From NCBI GenBank assembly GCA_025350695.1, contig JANXXI010000368.1, positions 73 to 64,072 on the forward strand: DNA of 64,000 nucleotides. Direction: 5' to 3'. The notes below the pieces were generated by a model. That model was not told the DNA's origin and searched no databases. It worked only from the letters and a program-made list of their open reading frames with translations. Of this stretch, positions 18,580 through 29,195 are shown one piece after another; positions within the stretch are counted from its first letter, which is position 1, and each line of letters opens with the position of its first letter. The DNA is from Acidobacteriota bacterium. Its GTDB lineage: Bacteria; Acidobacteriota; Terriglobia; Bryobacterales; Bryobacteraceae. A program made the position numbers and the translations under genes.

Positions 18580-19749
18580 ATGCCTGTCGAAGCCTCAGCC
18601 GCCTTGCGCCCCCTCACCGCCGAAGAACAGCTCCATTGGCTCGCCTTGCGCCTGGTGCCCGGTTTGGGTACCCGCAACTCCACCAAGATCATCCAGCGTT
18701 TCCGGACTCCGCAAGCCGTCTTTCAAGCGAGCCTCTCCGAACTTGAAGGCGCTGGTTGCCCCCCCGGCGTTGCCCGTACCATCACCGGTGGCACGACGTT
18801 TGACGAAGCTGCGAGCCAGCAGGAAAAGGTGCTGGAATCCGGCGTCAGTCTGATTCCGTACACGCATCCGTCCTATCCCGAACGGCTTCGCGAAATCCTT
18901 GACCCGCCGCTACTCTTATTCGCTCTCGGCCGCATCGAACTTCTAAGCGCGCCCACGCTCGCTATCGTCGGTACGCGCCGCCCCACAGCCTACGGCGTCT
19001 CGGTCACAGAACGTCTCGCCGCAGACCTCGCTCGGGCGGGACTCGCCATTTGTTCCGGCATGGCTCGCGGCATAGACACTGCGGCACACAAAGCTTGCCT
19101 CACTGTGGGCGGCGACACCATCGCAATATTTGGGTGTGGAGTCGACGTGGTCTATCCGGCCGAAAATCGCCGCCTCCATGCCGATATAGTCCAGCACGGC
19201 CTCATCCTCAGCGAATTCCCGATGGCATCGCCACCTTACCCGCAGAACTTTCCTATCCGGAATCGCATCGTCAGCGGCCTGGCTCATGGGGTGTTAGTCG
19301 TCGAGGGCGCCGAATACTCGGGTTCGGCAATCACGGCTCGGCTCGCCCTGGAACAGGGCAGGGAAGTATTTGCGATTCCGGGGAACATCACCAACAAAAT
19401 GAGCTGGGGTCCAAACCTGCTGATCAAGCAAGGCGCGAAGCTTACCCAACGCTGGGAAGATATCTTTTTCGACCTACCGGAAGAAATTCGGCTGCACCTT
19501 TCCGCAAATGCGGATCAGTCAGCAAACTCACCGAAGCCGATACAAAGCAGTCTCCCGCTCCATCCGATGGCCGCACTTCATGAAGCGATTCTTCAATGTT
19601 TACAGCCAGATACACCTTTGCATATTGACGGATTGCTCAATCGTGTAGAAAACTATTCTACGTCAGAGCTTATTGCCGCCTTGTTCGAGTTAGAGCTCGA
19701 TGGGCAAGTCAAACAACTTCCGGGCAAGAACTTTGTTAAGGTGTGGTAG
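18580..19749 (+). CDS. dprA: DNA-processing protein DprA (Smf)
   Basis: Rossmann-like DprA core AIVGTRRPTAYG...GMARGIDTAAH...VVEGAEYSGSAITA, followed by a C-terminal winged-helix-like extension. Confidence 0.9.
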   Translation: MPVEASAALRPLTAEEQLHWLALRLVPGLGTRNSTKIIQRFRTPQAVFQASLSELEGAGCPPGVARTITGGTTFDEAASQQEKVLESGVSLIPYTHPSYPERLREILDPPLLLFALGRIELLSAPTLAIVGTRRPTAYGVSVTERLAADLARAGLAICSGMARGIDTAAHKACLTVGGDTIAIFGCGVDVVYPAENRRLHADIVQHGLILSEFPMASPPYPQNFPIRNRIVSGLAHGVLVVEGAEYSGSAITARLALEQGREVFAIPGNITNKMSWGPNLLIKQGAKLTQRWEDIFFDLPEEIRLHLSANADQSANSPKPIQSSLPLHPMAALHEAILQCLQPDTPLHIDGLLNRVENYSTSELIAALFELELDGQVKQLPGKNFVKVW

Positions 19750-19811
19750 GGGACATTCCCGTAAGGGGTGAACCTAAACCATCGTTCTATTCATCCAGGT
19801 ATATATAAGAT

Positions 19812-22232
19812 ATGTCAAAGTCACTCGTCATCGTCGAGAGCCCGGCGAAGGCGAAAACCATCGGTAAGTATCTCGGCAAAGATTTTGTCGTGAAGGCCTC
19901 GCTCGGCCATGTGAAGGATCTTCCGAAGAAAGATCTCGCCGTAGATGTGGAAAAGGGGTTCGAACCAACCTACGAAGTCATCGAAGGCAAAAAGAAGCTG
20001 ATGGCTGAACTGCGCGCCGCGGCAAAAGGCGTCGACCACATTTACCTCGCAGCCGATCCGGATCGCGAAGGCGAGGCAATCTGCTTCCACCTGCAGGAAG
20101 AGCTGTCCATTAAGAACGGCCCAACGATTCAACGCGTGTTGTTCAACGAAATTACGGCTAATGCGGTGCGCAAGGCGTTCGAATCCCCGCGTGATGTAAA
20201 GATCAACTTGGTGGACGCCCAACAGGCACGCCGCGTTCTTGATCGCATTGTGGGTTACAAAATTTCCCCGTTGCTCTGGGACAAGGTCCGTCGCGGACTT
20301 TCAGCCGGACGCGTGCAAACCGTTGCCCTGCGTTTGGTTGTCGATCGTGAGCGCGAGATCAAGGCCTTCATCACTCGCGAGTATTGGACTATCGATGTTC
20401 AACTGAATGCGAAGAAAGCTCCGATCCTTAAAGCCCGCCTTGCCAAGCGCAATGACGAGAATCCTGAAATTGCCAACGAAGCAGATTCTACAAGCATTGT
20501 TACCGCACTCGATGGCGTCGACTATGTTGTCAAGAGCGTAGTCAATCGCGAAAAGCGCCGCAACCCTGTACCGCCCTTCATCACTTCCACGATTCAGCAG
20601 GAATCAGCCCGGAAATTGCGTTTCTCCGTGAAGCGCACAATGATGCTGGCCCAGCAACTATACGAAGGCATGGAACTCGGCCCTGAAGGCGCTGTTGGTT
20701 TGATCACTTACATGCGTACCGATTCGACGCGTGTTTCAAACGACGCGCTAACGGAAGTCCGCGAATTGATCGACCAACGCTTCGGCCCACAATACTCGCC
20801 CGAAAAGCCGAATGTTTACAAGACTAAAAAAGACGCGCAAGACGCCCACGAAGCGATTCGTCCAACCTCCGCCATGCGCACGCCGGAGAGCGTTGCGAGC
20901 TATTTGGCTGAAGATCAATTGAAGCTTTACCGGCTAATCTGGATGCGTTTTGTTGCTTCCCAGATGAACCCGGCGGTTTTCGATCAAACTACGATTGACG
21001 TGAGCGCCAAGGGCAAGGACGGTGCTGACTATACATTCCGCGCAACCGGTTCAGTCCCCAAATTTGACGGTTTCCTAGCCGTTTACGAAGAAGGCAAGGA
21101 TGCCAAGGACGAAGACGACGATGAGCTAAAGCAGAAACTGCCTGCGGTTACCCAGGGCGAGGCGTTGAAGTTCAAAGCCATCGAACCCGAACAGCATTTC
21201 ACCGAACCGCCGCCCCGATTCACGGAAGCTACGCTGGTCAAACAGCTAGAAGCAGACGGCGTCGGGCGTCCTTCAACTTATGCCTCGATCCTGTCCACGA
21301 TTCAGGAGCGCGAGTATGTGAAGAAGGAAGGCGGTAAGTTTCATCCAACGGAGCTGGGGCTGATCGTTACGGACCTGCTGCTTGAGTGTTTTGACGACAT
21401 CTTTGACGTGAAGTACACCGCCCGGCTAGAAGAAGAACTCGACGAAATCGAAGATGGCAAACTCGATTGGCGCGATGCCATGGCCGAGTTCTACAAGAAG
21501 TTTTCAGTCGATCTGGATCGCGCCGCGACCCAGATGACTGACATCAAGCGCATGGAAACACCCACCGAGTTTGTCTGCGATAAATGCGGCAAACCGATGG
21601 TGATCAAGTTCGGCAGGAACGGCCGGTTTATTGCATGTACTGGTTATCCCGAATGCAAGAGCACGCGTGAATTGCCGCAGGAAACACCGACCGAAGTTGG
21701 TGAGCAAGGCGAAGACGAATTCTGCATGAATTGTGGCCGTCCGATGGTGCTGAAGAAGGGGCGGTTCGGACAATTCCTGGCTTGCACTGGTTACCCCGAT
21801 TGCAAGACTACCAAGCAGCTTGGCGCCGCCGGCAAACAGGCCGACGTGCCTCTTGATGAAGAGTGTCCTACGTGTCAGAACAAGCTGGTGAAGAAGTTCG
21901 GGCGCTTCGGCGAATTCGTCGCATGCTCAAACTACCCCACTTGTAAGTTCGTCAAACAGAATACGATCGGCGTGATTTGTCCCACCTGCGACAAGGGGGA
22001 CATTATTGAACGCAAGTCGAAGCGTGGGAAAACTTTCTTCGGCTGTAACAAATACCCGGAGTGCGACTTCGTGGCGTGGGGCAAGCCGATTCGCGAAGTT
22101 TGCCCTGAGTGCAAGAACCTCTATCTTATCGAGAAGTACTTGAAGAGCGGGAATTGGGCCCAATGCCCCAATAAGGAATGCAAGTATAAGCACGAACTTG
22201 CTCCTGTTGTTGAACCGGTAGCCGTCTCTTAA
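19812..22232 (+). CDS. topA: DNA topoisomerase I with five C-terminal zinc ribbons
   Basis: TOPRIM domain (LVIVESPAKAKTI) and the active-site region ITYMRTDS. There are five CxxC...CxxYPxC-type ribbons (for example CDKCGKPMV..CTGYPEC). The dprA-topA synteny is conserved. Confidence 0.95.
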   Translation: MSKSLVIVESPAKAKTIGKYLGKDFVVKASLGHVKDLPKKDLAVDVEKGFEPTYEVIEGKKKLMAELRAAAKGVDHIYLAADPDREGEAICFHLQEELSIKNGPTIQRVLFNEITANAVRKAFESPRDVKINLVDAQQARRVLDRIVGYKISPLLWDKVRRGLSAGRVQTVALRLVVDREREIKAFITREYWTIDVQLNAKKAPILKARLAKRNDENPEIANEADSTSIVTALDGVDYVVKSVVNREKRRNPVPPFITSTIQQESARKLRFSVKRTMMLAQQLYEGMELGPEGAVGLITYMRTDSTRVSNDALTEVRELIDQRFGPQYSPEKPNVYKTKKDAQDAHEAIRPTSAMRTPESVASYLAEDQLKLYRLIWMRFVASQMNPAVFDQTTIDVSAKGKDGADYTFRATGSVPKFDGFLAVYEEGKDAKDEDDDELKQKLPAVTQGEALKFKAIEPEQHFTEPPPRFTEATLVKQLEADGVGRPSTYASILSTIQEREYVKKEGGKFHPTELGLIVTDLLLECFDDIFDVKYTARLEEELDEIEDGKLDWRDAMAEFYKKFSVDLDRAATQMTDIKRMETPTEFVCDKCGKPMVIKFGRNGRFIACTGYPECKSTRELPQETPTEVGEQGEDEFCMNCGRPMVLKKGRFGQFLACTGYPDCKTTKQLGAAGKQADVPLDEECPTCQNKLVKKFGRFGEFVACSNYPTCKFVKQNTIGVICPTCDKGDIIERKSKRGKTFFGCNKYPECDFVAWGKPIREVCPECKNLYLIEKYLKSGNWAQCPNKECKYKHELAPVVEPVAVS

Positions 22233-22255
22233 AGCGGGTTTGCAATGTTGTGAGG

Positions 22256-22308
22256 AACGGGCTGATTGTTTGAACCTTCGGGTTTTGAATGTCAGCCCGT
22301 TTTGTTTG
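22256..22308 (+). terminator. Rho-independent terminator downstream of topA
   Basis: aacgggctga ... tcagcccgtt forms a 10-bp outer stem with an inner gaacc-ttcg-ggttt hairpin. It is followed by tttgtttg. Confidence 0.6.
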
Positions 22309-22355
22309 TGCCAAGATCTTAACCATTGGGACTAACCCGAACGAATTAGACCATA

Positions 22356-25300
22356 ATGAAAGAGATGAATTCCTTCGCCCTTTCTCTGGGGATGGTTCTA
22401 CCGCTGATGGCTGGCGGGGTGCAATCGTTCGACATGCCTCTCCGCTTTGAACCCAATCGGGGACAGGCCCCTACTTCCACTCTTTTTCTATCCCGAAGTA
22501 AGGGATTCTCAATCGAAGCCCAATTATCCGGACTGCGGTTCGGAAATGCCGCCGGCGTTGTCGAGATACGTTTTCACGGGGCCAGCATCCCCGAATCCGT
22601 GCTTGGGTCGATACCGCAGGCGTCGGTCTCCAACTATTTTCTGGGCGCCGACCCCAAACTATGGCTTCGTAACGTGCCCAACTTTGCCGCGATCGAATAT
22701 AGGGGAATCTATCCAGGCATCGGCCTGAAGTTGCATCAACAGTCTGGCGCGCGTCTTGAATACGATTTCCTGATCGATCCAGGCGCCGATCCGTCCCTAG
22801 TGCAGTTGGATTTCAGCGGGGCTTCGAGACTCGAAATTGAGAGGAATGGTGACTTGCTGATTCACACAAGATCGGGCGTGCTGCGTCAGCAAAAGCCAAA
22901 ACTATACCAGGGCAACAAATTGGTGCAAGGCCGCTTCGTGAAGAAATCTGCTTCTCGCATTGCATTTGCGGTGGGTCCTTATGATCGGTCTAAACAACTT
23001 GTCATCGATCCCGTCGTGGTCTTTTCCACTTATATTGGCGGCAATCAAGACGATCAGATTAACGGCATGGTACTGAATCCGGATGGATCCCTGATCGTGA
23101 CTGGGGCGATGAAGTCCACCAATTTTCCCCGCCGGGATGGGCAATACACTAGCAACGATTCCTCCGGTTTGTTTGATTTGTTTGTTGTGAAACTCAATTC
23201 CGCCGGCACCGCGATTATCTTTAGCAGTGTGATTGGGGGAAATCGCGACGATATTGCTCAGGCTGTGACCGTGGATTCAACGGGCAACATTTACATTGCC
23301 GGAACTACCACCTCCCTTGACCTTCCAACCAGCAGCGGAGCCTTTCAGAAAACCAACTCAGGCGGCGCTTTCAACAGCGAAACCGAATTCCGCGGGGATG
23401 CATTCTTAATTAAACTGGATCCCACTGGGTCAAACATTCTGGCCTCAACCTATTTGGGCGGAACCCAGGGCGAGGTTGTTAAGGGCTTGATGCTCGACAA
23501 AGATCAAAATCCAATTGTGTTCGGCTACACCTTCAGTTCTAACTTTCCCGTATCCAATGACGCCTATCAAAAAGTAAGTTTGGGGAATAGCGACGGATTC
23601 ATCACCAAGTTTAATGCGACGGCCACGGCACTGGTATATTCCACGCTATTAGGTGGCAACGGCGCGGACCGCATTGCGGCGATGACAACGGACAAGGATG
23701 GCAACTTCTACCTCGCCGGTGATACATCCTCCAATAACTTCCCAGTATCCGCGAGCGCTCCTCAGAGAACACTGGCGGGGAATAGCGATCTGTTTGTGAC
23801 TAAGTTTTCCAATACCTGGTCATTGGTCTACTCTACTTATTACGGCGGTTCCGGTATCGAAATCGGCACAGGAATCGCGGTGGATTCAACGGGAGGGCCC
23901 TGGGTTACCGGTACGACTACGAACAATTTTTTCCCCGTAATCTCCGCCTCATCGTTGCAGGATGTTTATAACGGCGGCAATACCGATGGCTGTTTTTTCT
24001 CCCTCGATGCAACCGGTTCCAAAGTAAAGACGGCTTCTTTTTTTGGTGGGGAACGTCAGGAAGAAAATGTCAAGGTTGCTTTTCACCCTGATGGGTCCGT
24101 TCTGTTGATTGCCACAACCGATTCGATTAGATTCCCCGTCACAAGAGATGCCTTTGCGCGAAATTCCGGCGCGCGGGACATTCTACTGGTAAAGGTTACC
24201 TCCGACCTTTCCGAGTTGAAATACGCTACTTATTTCGGAGGCGCCAACAATGATTATTTGAATGCTTTTATCGTGGATTCGGCCGGAGCATTCTATTTGG
24301 CTGGGACCACCGACTCGCAGTTCTTTCCGACCACGAAAGGGTCTTTTCAACCGATCTGGCAAGGCGGCGCCGACGGGTTCGTATTCAAGATTGGATCCGA
24401 ACTACCCACGCTTCTCAACTCGGCCGTGATTCCCATCCAGGCAGTGCTCGGAGGGCCTCCCGCTTATTCTGAATTTACCTTGACAAGTTCGGGAGCCCCT
24501 CTTGAGTTTCGGGTTAGTTTCAGTTCCCTGGGAAACTGGCTCACGGCAAATCCCGTATTGGGCACGACACCTGCCACCATTCGGGTGACGGCTGATCCCA
24601 CTTCGTTAAGCCTGGGTAACTATACCGGCCGTGTCACCATTACGACACAGGGTGCGGTAACTAACTCGGTCGTTTTCGTTATCCCATTGATTGTGAACGG
24701 ATCGAATGTATCAACCGGTCCGGTGATTTCCTCCGCGGGAATCCTGAATGGGGCCAGCTTCAAAACCGGCGCTCTTTCTCCGGGTGAAATTATCACCATA
24801 TTTGGTAATGGAATCGGTCCAGTGGATCTGGCCCGCGCCCAATTAACCTCTTCCGGAACCGTCTCGAAGTTCATTGGAAGCACGCGCATTCTATTTGATG
24901 GAATCGCCGCACCCCTCATTTATGTTTCGGCAAATCAGTCCGCGGCGATCGCACCCTATTTTCTATCGAATCGATCGTCCACCACTGTGGAAGTTGAATA
25001 CAACGGGGTTCGTTCGAATGCGGTGATTCTTCCCACGGGTCCTAGTTCTCCGGCACTGTTTACTATTGAATCCTCAGGTTCCGGCCTGGCAGCGGCGCTT
25101 AATGAAGATGGGTCAGTCAATTCGCAGGCAAATCCGGCGAAGAAGGGCGCGGTCATAGTTCTCTTTGCGACAGGGGAAGGACAGACAACCCCTGACGGTG
25201 TTGACGGGCAAATTGCCGCCTCCGTTTTGTCAAAGCCACAACTGCCCGTAACGGTATCTATCGGAGGCAAGACCGCCGAAGTACTGTACGCCGGCGCGGC

Positions 25301-25433
25301 TCCCGGCTTAGTGGCCGGAGTCATGCAGGTAAACGTTCGGGTTCCTTCCGATGCGGATTCGGGCGACAATGCCGTTGTGCTCAACGTTGGAAACACCGCA
25401 TCGCCGCAGGGTGTGACCATAGCTGTCCAGTAG
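22356..25433 (+). CDS. Large secreted protein: 7x SBBP-type beta-propeller repeats + Ig-like region + TIGR03437-like C-terminal domain
   Basis: Has a signal peptide and seven repeats of the form (Y/F)STYxGG...D.xGxxYxxGxTxSxxFP. The C-terminus AGAAPGLVAGVMQVNVRVPSDADSG...VTIAVQ parallels that of 13512..15233. Confidence 0.8.
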   Translation: MKEMNSFALSLGMVLPLMAGGVQSFDMPLRFEPNRGQAPTSTLFLSRSKGFSIEAQLSGLRFGNAAGVVEIRFHGASIPESVLGSIPQASVSNYFLGADPKLWLRNVPNFAAIEYRGIYPGIGLKLHQQSGARLEYDFLIDPGADPSLVQLDFSGASRLEIERNGDLLIHTRSGVLRQQKPKLYQGNKLVQGRFVKKSASRIAFAVGPYDRSKQLVIDPVVVFSTYIGGNQDDQINGMVLNPDGSLIVTGAMKSTNFPRRDGQYTSNDSSGLFDLFVVKLNSAGTAIIFSSVIGGNRDDIAQAVTVDSTGNIYIAGTTTSLDLPTSSGAFQKTNSGGAFNSETEFRGDAFLIKLDPTGSNILASTYLGGTQGEVVKGLMLDKDQNPIVFGYTFSSNFPVSNDAYQKVSLGNSDGFITKFNATATALVYSTLLGGNGADRIAAMTTDKDGNFYLAGDTSSNNFPVSASAPQRTLAGNSDLFVTKFSNTWSLVYSTYYGGSGIEIGTGIAVDSTGGPWVTGTTTNNFFPVISASSLQDVYNGGNTDGCFFSLDATGSKVKTASFFGGERQEENVKVAFHPDGSVLLIATTDSIRFPVTRDAFARNSGARDILLVKVTSDLSELKYATYFGGANNDYLNAFIVDSAGAFYLAGTTDSQFFPTTKGSFQPIWQGGADGFVFKIGSELPTLLNSAVIPIQAVLGGPPAYSEFTLTSSGAPLEFRVSFSSLGNWLTANPVLGTTPATIRVTADPTSLSLGNYTGRVTITTQGAVTNSVVFVIPLIVNGSNVSTGPVISSAGILNGASFKTGALSPGEIITIFGNGIGPVDLARAQLTSSGTVSKFIGSTRILFDGIAAPLIYVSANQSAAIAPYFLSNRSSTTVEVEYNGVRSNAVILPTGPSSPALFTIESSGSGLAAALNEDGSVNSQANPAKKGAVIVLFATGEGQTTPDGVDGQIAASVLSKPQLPVTVSIGGKTAEVLYAGAAPGLVAGVMQVNVRVPSDADSGDNAVVLNVGNTASPQGVTIAVQ

Positions 25434-25451
25434 GGCAGTTATAATCGATCC

Positions 25452-26450
25452 ATGGCCGCAAGGTCCCAGCCATTTCCGGTTGAGTTTGTCCCTCTCCGTG
25501 CCCTTCGGCCGGGGAGCCTTGATTCCTTATTGGCGGAACAAACCGAAGCTTGGAGCGACAGCTTCGATTGGGACTTTCGAGGTTCGGCGGACTTGATTCG
25601 CGGCTTCGCCAATACACAATCGCTTGAAGGCATGGCTATTGTTCTTGGCGATGAAGTTTTGGGCTACACCTACTTATCAATTGAGGATCGAAGGGGGCTT
25701 GTTGGCGACTTGTATGTGAAGAGAGAATACGCCCGCACGGATCTTGCCTCACACCTGTTAAGCCGCTCCGTCGAAGAACTCCTTGAGAATTGGAATTGCA
25801 CGCGCGTCGAGACACAACTAATGTTGAACGATCCCAGCCTGCTGCGGAATTCGCTCGCCTTTGGAAAACCACCCGAATGCTTTGATCGAAACTTCATGGT
25901 GCTGGGCGGCAACAAACTTCTACTGCCGGCTAGATACGTACAGCCAACCATCAGAATTGAACCATTCCAAGACAGGTTGGAAGAAGAGGCAGCGCGCCTG
26001 TTGACGGAATGCTACGCAGGCCATATTGATTCGTCGATCAATAGTCAATATCGTGGAGTTCCTGGAGCCAGAAAATTCCTCCGCAATATCGTGAAGTATC
26101 CAGGCTGCGGAACTTTCAGCTATACAGCCTCCTTTGGCGCGAGGGACCTGAATAAGAACCGGCTAGTAGGGCTTGCGCTGGCCAGCAGCATTTCCGAACA
26201 GGCCGGACATATCACCCAGCTCTGCGTTAGCCCGAGATTCCGCAGCGAGGGGCTTGGATATGAATTAGTGCGGCAGTCGGTTCAGGCTCTTGCCTTGCAA
26301 GGCGCAACGCGAGTGTCCCTTAGCGTGACAACGCAAAACCGAATCGCCGTCGGACTGTACGAGCACATTGGTTTTGAGAAAACCAAGACCTTCGTGGCGA
26401 TGGTGTGGGAAAAACCACAGGGTTTGCACCGGCGCTTTTTTCCGTTCTGA
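25452..26450 (+). CDS. GNAT-family N-acetyltransferase (two GNAT-like halves)
   Basis: The second half carries the acetyl-CoA motif QLCVSPRFRSEGLGYELV...GLYEHIGFE. The first half is a weaker GNAT fold (GDLYVKREYARTDLASHLL). Confidence 0.7.
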   Translation: MAARSQPFPVEFVPLRALRPGSLDSLLAEQTEAWSDSFDWDFRGSADLIRGFANTQSLEGMAIVLGDEVLGYTYLSIEDRRGLVGDLYVKREYARTDLASHLLSRSVEELLENWNCTRVETQLMLNDPSLLRNSLAFGKPPECFDRNFMVLGGNKLLLPARYVQPTIRIEPFQDRLEEEAARLLTECYAGHIDSSINSQYRGVPGARKFLRNIVKYPGCGTFSYTASFGARDLNKNRLVGLALASSISEQAGHITQLCVSPRFRSEGLGYELVRQSVQALALQGATRVSLSVTTQNRIAVGLYEHIGFEKTKTFVAMVWEKPQGLHRRFFPF

Positions 26451-26454
26451 AACA

Positions 26455-27582
26455 CTACAGTGACCGTATTCGTATTTGTTGGTATTCGATCCATCGAGGC
26501 CCATCGTGCGCCTGCAAAATAATCATGCCTGGGGTGATGCGGTCAAGCGCCGGGTAGTCCACCACTGTTTCTCCACTGACTCGAACCAGGCAGTGCCGGT
26601 CCTGAACATGCAGTTGAAACAGATACCATTCTTCCGGTTGAATGCGAGGATATTTGGCCCGGCGGTAACCATAGAGTGATCCGGTGGGATAAACGGCGCC
26701 TTCAACGTCGTGCAACTGGATTTCATAATGGGGTTCGCTACCTGCGCCTTCAGCCCGGAACAGAACTCCGCCGTTTGAATGCTTGCTGGCTCGGACATAC
26801 AACTGAAGGTCGAAATCCTTGTACGTCTGTTTCGTGCCTAAATGGCCCAGCCCATCGCCCTTAAGGATTTCCCCAAAAGTTTGAAAGCGAGGTTTACCTT
26901 CCACTACCTTCCATTTGTCGACGTCGGCCGGAGAGCTATACAAAGTTTGCCATTGAATCTTTGATGGGAGTTCCTTCAGCCGAAGGTTGCGAAAGCGGAT
27001 GGGGTACGACAGGGATTGCAGGCCAAGGAATCCGGAACGGAGGCGATATCTAAGATCGGGATGCGATTCCACATTGACGTCCTGAACGACTTCGCCGTTG
27101 GACCACACTTGCAACTGCGGCCAATCCATCACAATTCGCAAAGCGTTCCAATCTCCTTTGCTTTTCACGTTCACTAGTTTGGGAGGAATCAAAGGGAATA
27201 TGGACCCCATTGACTCGGGCTTCGGCGCCTCCTGTTTATGGAAGAGTTTTATGGCGAAGCCGCACTCCTGGGGCGGCCCATAAAGTGGCGCCTGCAGGTA
27301 GACGGCTGAATCAATCCAGCCCTTCACGTAAAACTCGCAGGAGAAATCGAAATTCTCAAGTGGCCGGTCATAGCGTAGCCATGCTGGGAAATTGGCAGCG
27401 TCGCTGACGGCAATGGACCCTTCAGAGACGTAAAAAGCCGAGGCCGGGCCTTGTTGCACGGACCAACCATTTAATGTGGTTCCGTCAAAAATGGAGGTGT
27501 GAGTTTCCTGTCCTTCGGTATATGGCATGAGAGCGGCGGCGGCGGATGCGCCCAAAAATGTTCTGCGTTGCATTCCTTTCAT
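26455..27582 (-). CDS. DUF1080 (3-keto-disaccharide hydrolase-like) tandem-domain protein, TAT signal
   Basis: MQRRTFLGASAAAA signal, then two repeats of the DUF1080 pattern (FDGTTLNGW..., NLRLKEL / IEYQQIRIRSL). Length is 375 aa. Confidence 0.75.
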   Translation of the reverse strand: MKGMQRRTFLGASAAAALMPYTEGQETHTSIFDGTTLNGWSVQQGPASAFYVSEGSIAVSDAANFPAWLRYDRPLENFDFSCEFYVKGWIDSAVYLQAPLYGPPQECGFAIKLFHKQEAPKPESMGSIFPLIPPKLVNVKSKGDWNALRIVMDWPQLQVWSNGEVVQDVNVESHPDLRYRLRSGFLGLQSLSYPIRFRNLRLKELPSKIQWQTLYSSPADVDKWKVVEGKPRFQTFGEILKGDGLGHLGTKQTYKDFDLQLYVRASKHSNGGVLFRAEGAGSEPHYEIQLHDVEGAVYPTGSLYGYRRAKYPRIQPEEWYLFQLHVQDRHCLVRVSGETVVDYPALDRITPGMIILQAHDGPRWIEYQQIRIRSL

Positions 27583-27614
27583 GATAGCTATTGAGGGCGC
27601 TATTATAAGAAGCT

Positions 27615-29195
27615 ATGAACCGAAGACATTTTCTGCGCCAAGTTGCCGGCGCCACTTTTGCCGCTCCTTTCTCCATGGGGGCAAAGGATCCTCGCCCGAA
27701 CATCGTATTGATGATGGCCGACGATATGGGCTTTTCCGACCTAGGTTGCTACGGTTCAGAGATTGCTACTCCCAACATTGATCAACTGGGAAAAAATGGA
27801 ATCCGATTCACCCAGTTCTACAACATGGCGCGATGCTGTCCTACACGCGCCGCTCTGATGACGGGATTGTATCCACACGAAGCCGGCGTAGGCCACATGG
27901 TGGATAGCCGTCCAGAATACCCTTCGTATCAAGGCTTCCTGAATGACCGTTCGGTAACCATTGCTGAAGTTTTGAAACCGGCGGGTTACCGAACGGCGAT
28001 GGCCGGCAAGTGGCACGTGGGTGAGGAGCGTCCCCACTGGCCTACCGACCGTGGCTTTGAGAAATATTTCGGTTTGATCAGTGGAGCCAGTAGCTATTTT
28101 GAATTGGACGAAGGCCGCAAAATGGCGATGGACGATCAACCTTGGACCCCACCTAAAACTGGTTTCTACATGACCGATGCGTTCACCGATAAGGCTGTTG
28201 AGTTTGTCGACAAGTTCGGCCGGGGCGATCAGCCTTTCTTCTTGTACCTGGCTTTCACTTCGCCCCATTGGCCTCTGCATGCAAGGCCTGAAGATATTGC
28301 CAAGTATCGTGGCAAATATAAAGATGGTTGGGACAAGCTGCGTGAGCGCCGTCAGCGTAATATGTTGGAAATCGGGCTCATCAAGAAGAGCTGGGGCATT
28401 TCTCCTCGTGATGAAAAAGCCCCAAGTTGGGATGAGGAAAAGAACAAAGACGAACGCGACTTAGCTATGTCCGTTTACGCCGCCCAGATTGACCGAATGG
28501 ATCAGAACGTTGGACGTGTAGTGGCTAAGCTGAAAGAATTGGGCGTCTTTGAAAACACTCTAATTTTGTTTCTTGCCGATAACGGCGGCTGCGCCGAAGA
28601 GATTCATCGCGGTAGAGAAGGGGCGGCAACCGGGACCGCTGGGTCCTATGAAAGCTATGGCTTGCCGTGGGCGAATGCCTCCAACACTCCCTTCCGCATG
28701 TTCAAACATTGGGTGCACGAGGGTGGCATTTCGACTCCCTTGATCGCTCACTGGCCGAAGGGAATTTCGCAAAAAGGCAAACTGTCCCATGAGCCGGGCC
28801 ATTTGGTGGATGTGATGGCCACGTGTGTCGACCTTGGAAAAGCGAAATATCCCACTTCCGTCAACGGGAAGGCAATCCGGCAAATGGCGGGCGAGAGCTT
28901 AGCCCCGACTTTCAAAACCCTGAAGCGGCCAGAGCGTCGCCCTATTTTTTGGGAGCACGAAGGCAATCGAGCTGTTCGTCAAGGCAAATGGAAGATTGTC
29001 GCCAAGTTCCGTGGCGATTGGGAACTGTACGATATTGACGCCGACCGAACCGAACAAATGAACTTGGCCAGTAAGCAGCAAGATCGGGTGAAGAAGATGG
29101 TGGCGCTCTATGATGCATGGGCCGATCAAGCCGGTGTTGTTCCTTTTGAAAAGCTTGTGCCTGCAAATAACAAGAAGAAGAAAGGTGACGCTTGA
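27615..29195 (+). CDS. Arylsulfatase (formylglycine-dependent), TAT signal
   Basis: NRRHFLRQVAG signal, MMADDMGFSDLGCYG, and the active-site box CCPTRAALMTG. Length is 526 aa. Confidence 0.9.
   Translation: MNRRHFLRQVAGATFAAPFSMGAKDPRPNIVLMMADDMGFSDLGCYGSEIATPNIDQLGKNGIRFTQFYNMARCCPTRAALMTGLYPHEAGVGHMVDSRPEYPSYQGFLNDRSVTIAEVLKPAGYRTAMAGKWHVGEERPHWPTDRGFEKYFGLISGASSYFELDEGRKMAMDDQPWTPPKTGFYMTDAFTDKAVEFVDKFGRGDQPFFLYLAFTSPHWPLHARPEDIAKYRGKYKDGWDKLRERRQRNMLEIGLIKKSWGISPRDEKAPSWDEEKNKDERDLAMSVYAAQIDRMDQNVGRVVAKLKELGVFENTLILFLADNGGCAEEIHRGREGAATGTAGSYESYGLPWANASNTPFRMFKHWVHEGGISTPLIAHWPKGISQKGKLSHEPGHLVDVMATCVDLGKAKYPTSVNGKAIRQMAGESLAPTFKTLKRPERRPIFWEHEGNRAVRQGKWKIVAKFRGDWELYDIDADRTEQMNLASKQQDRVKKMVALYDAWADQAGVVPFEKLVPANNKKKKGDA

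Noticed and set aside
19955-19966. A T-loop-like string ggggttcgaacc suggesting a tRNA
   Set aside because: It lies inside the well-supported topA reading frame and has no surrounding cloverleaf complementarity.
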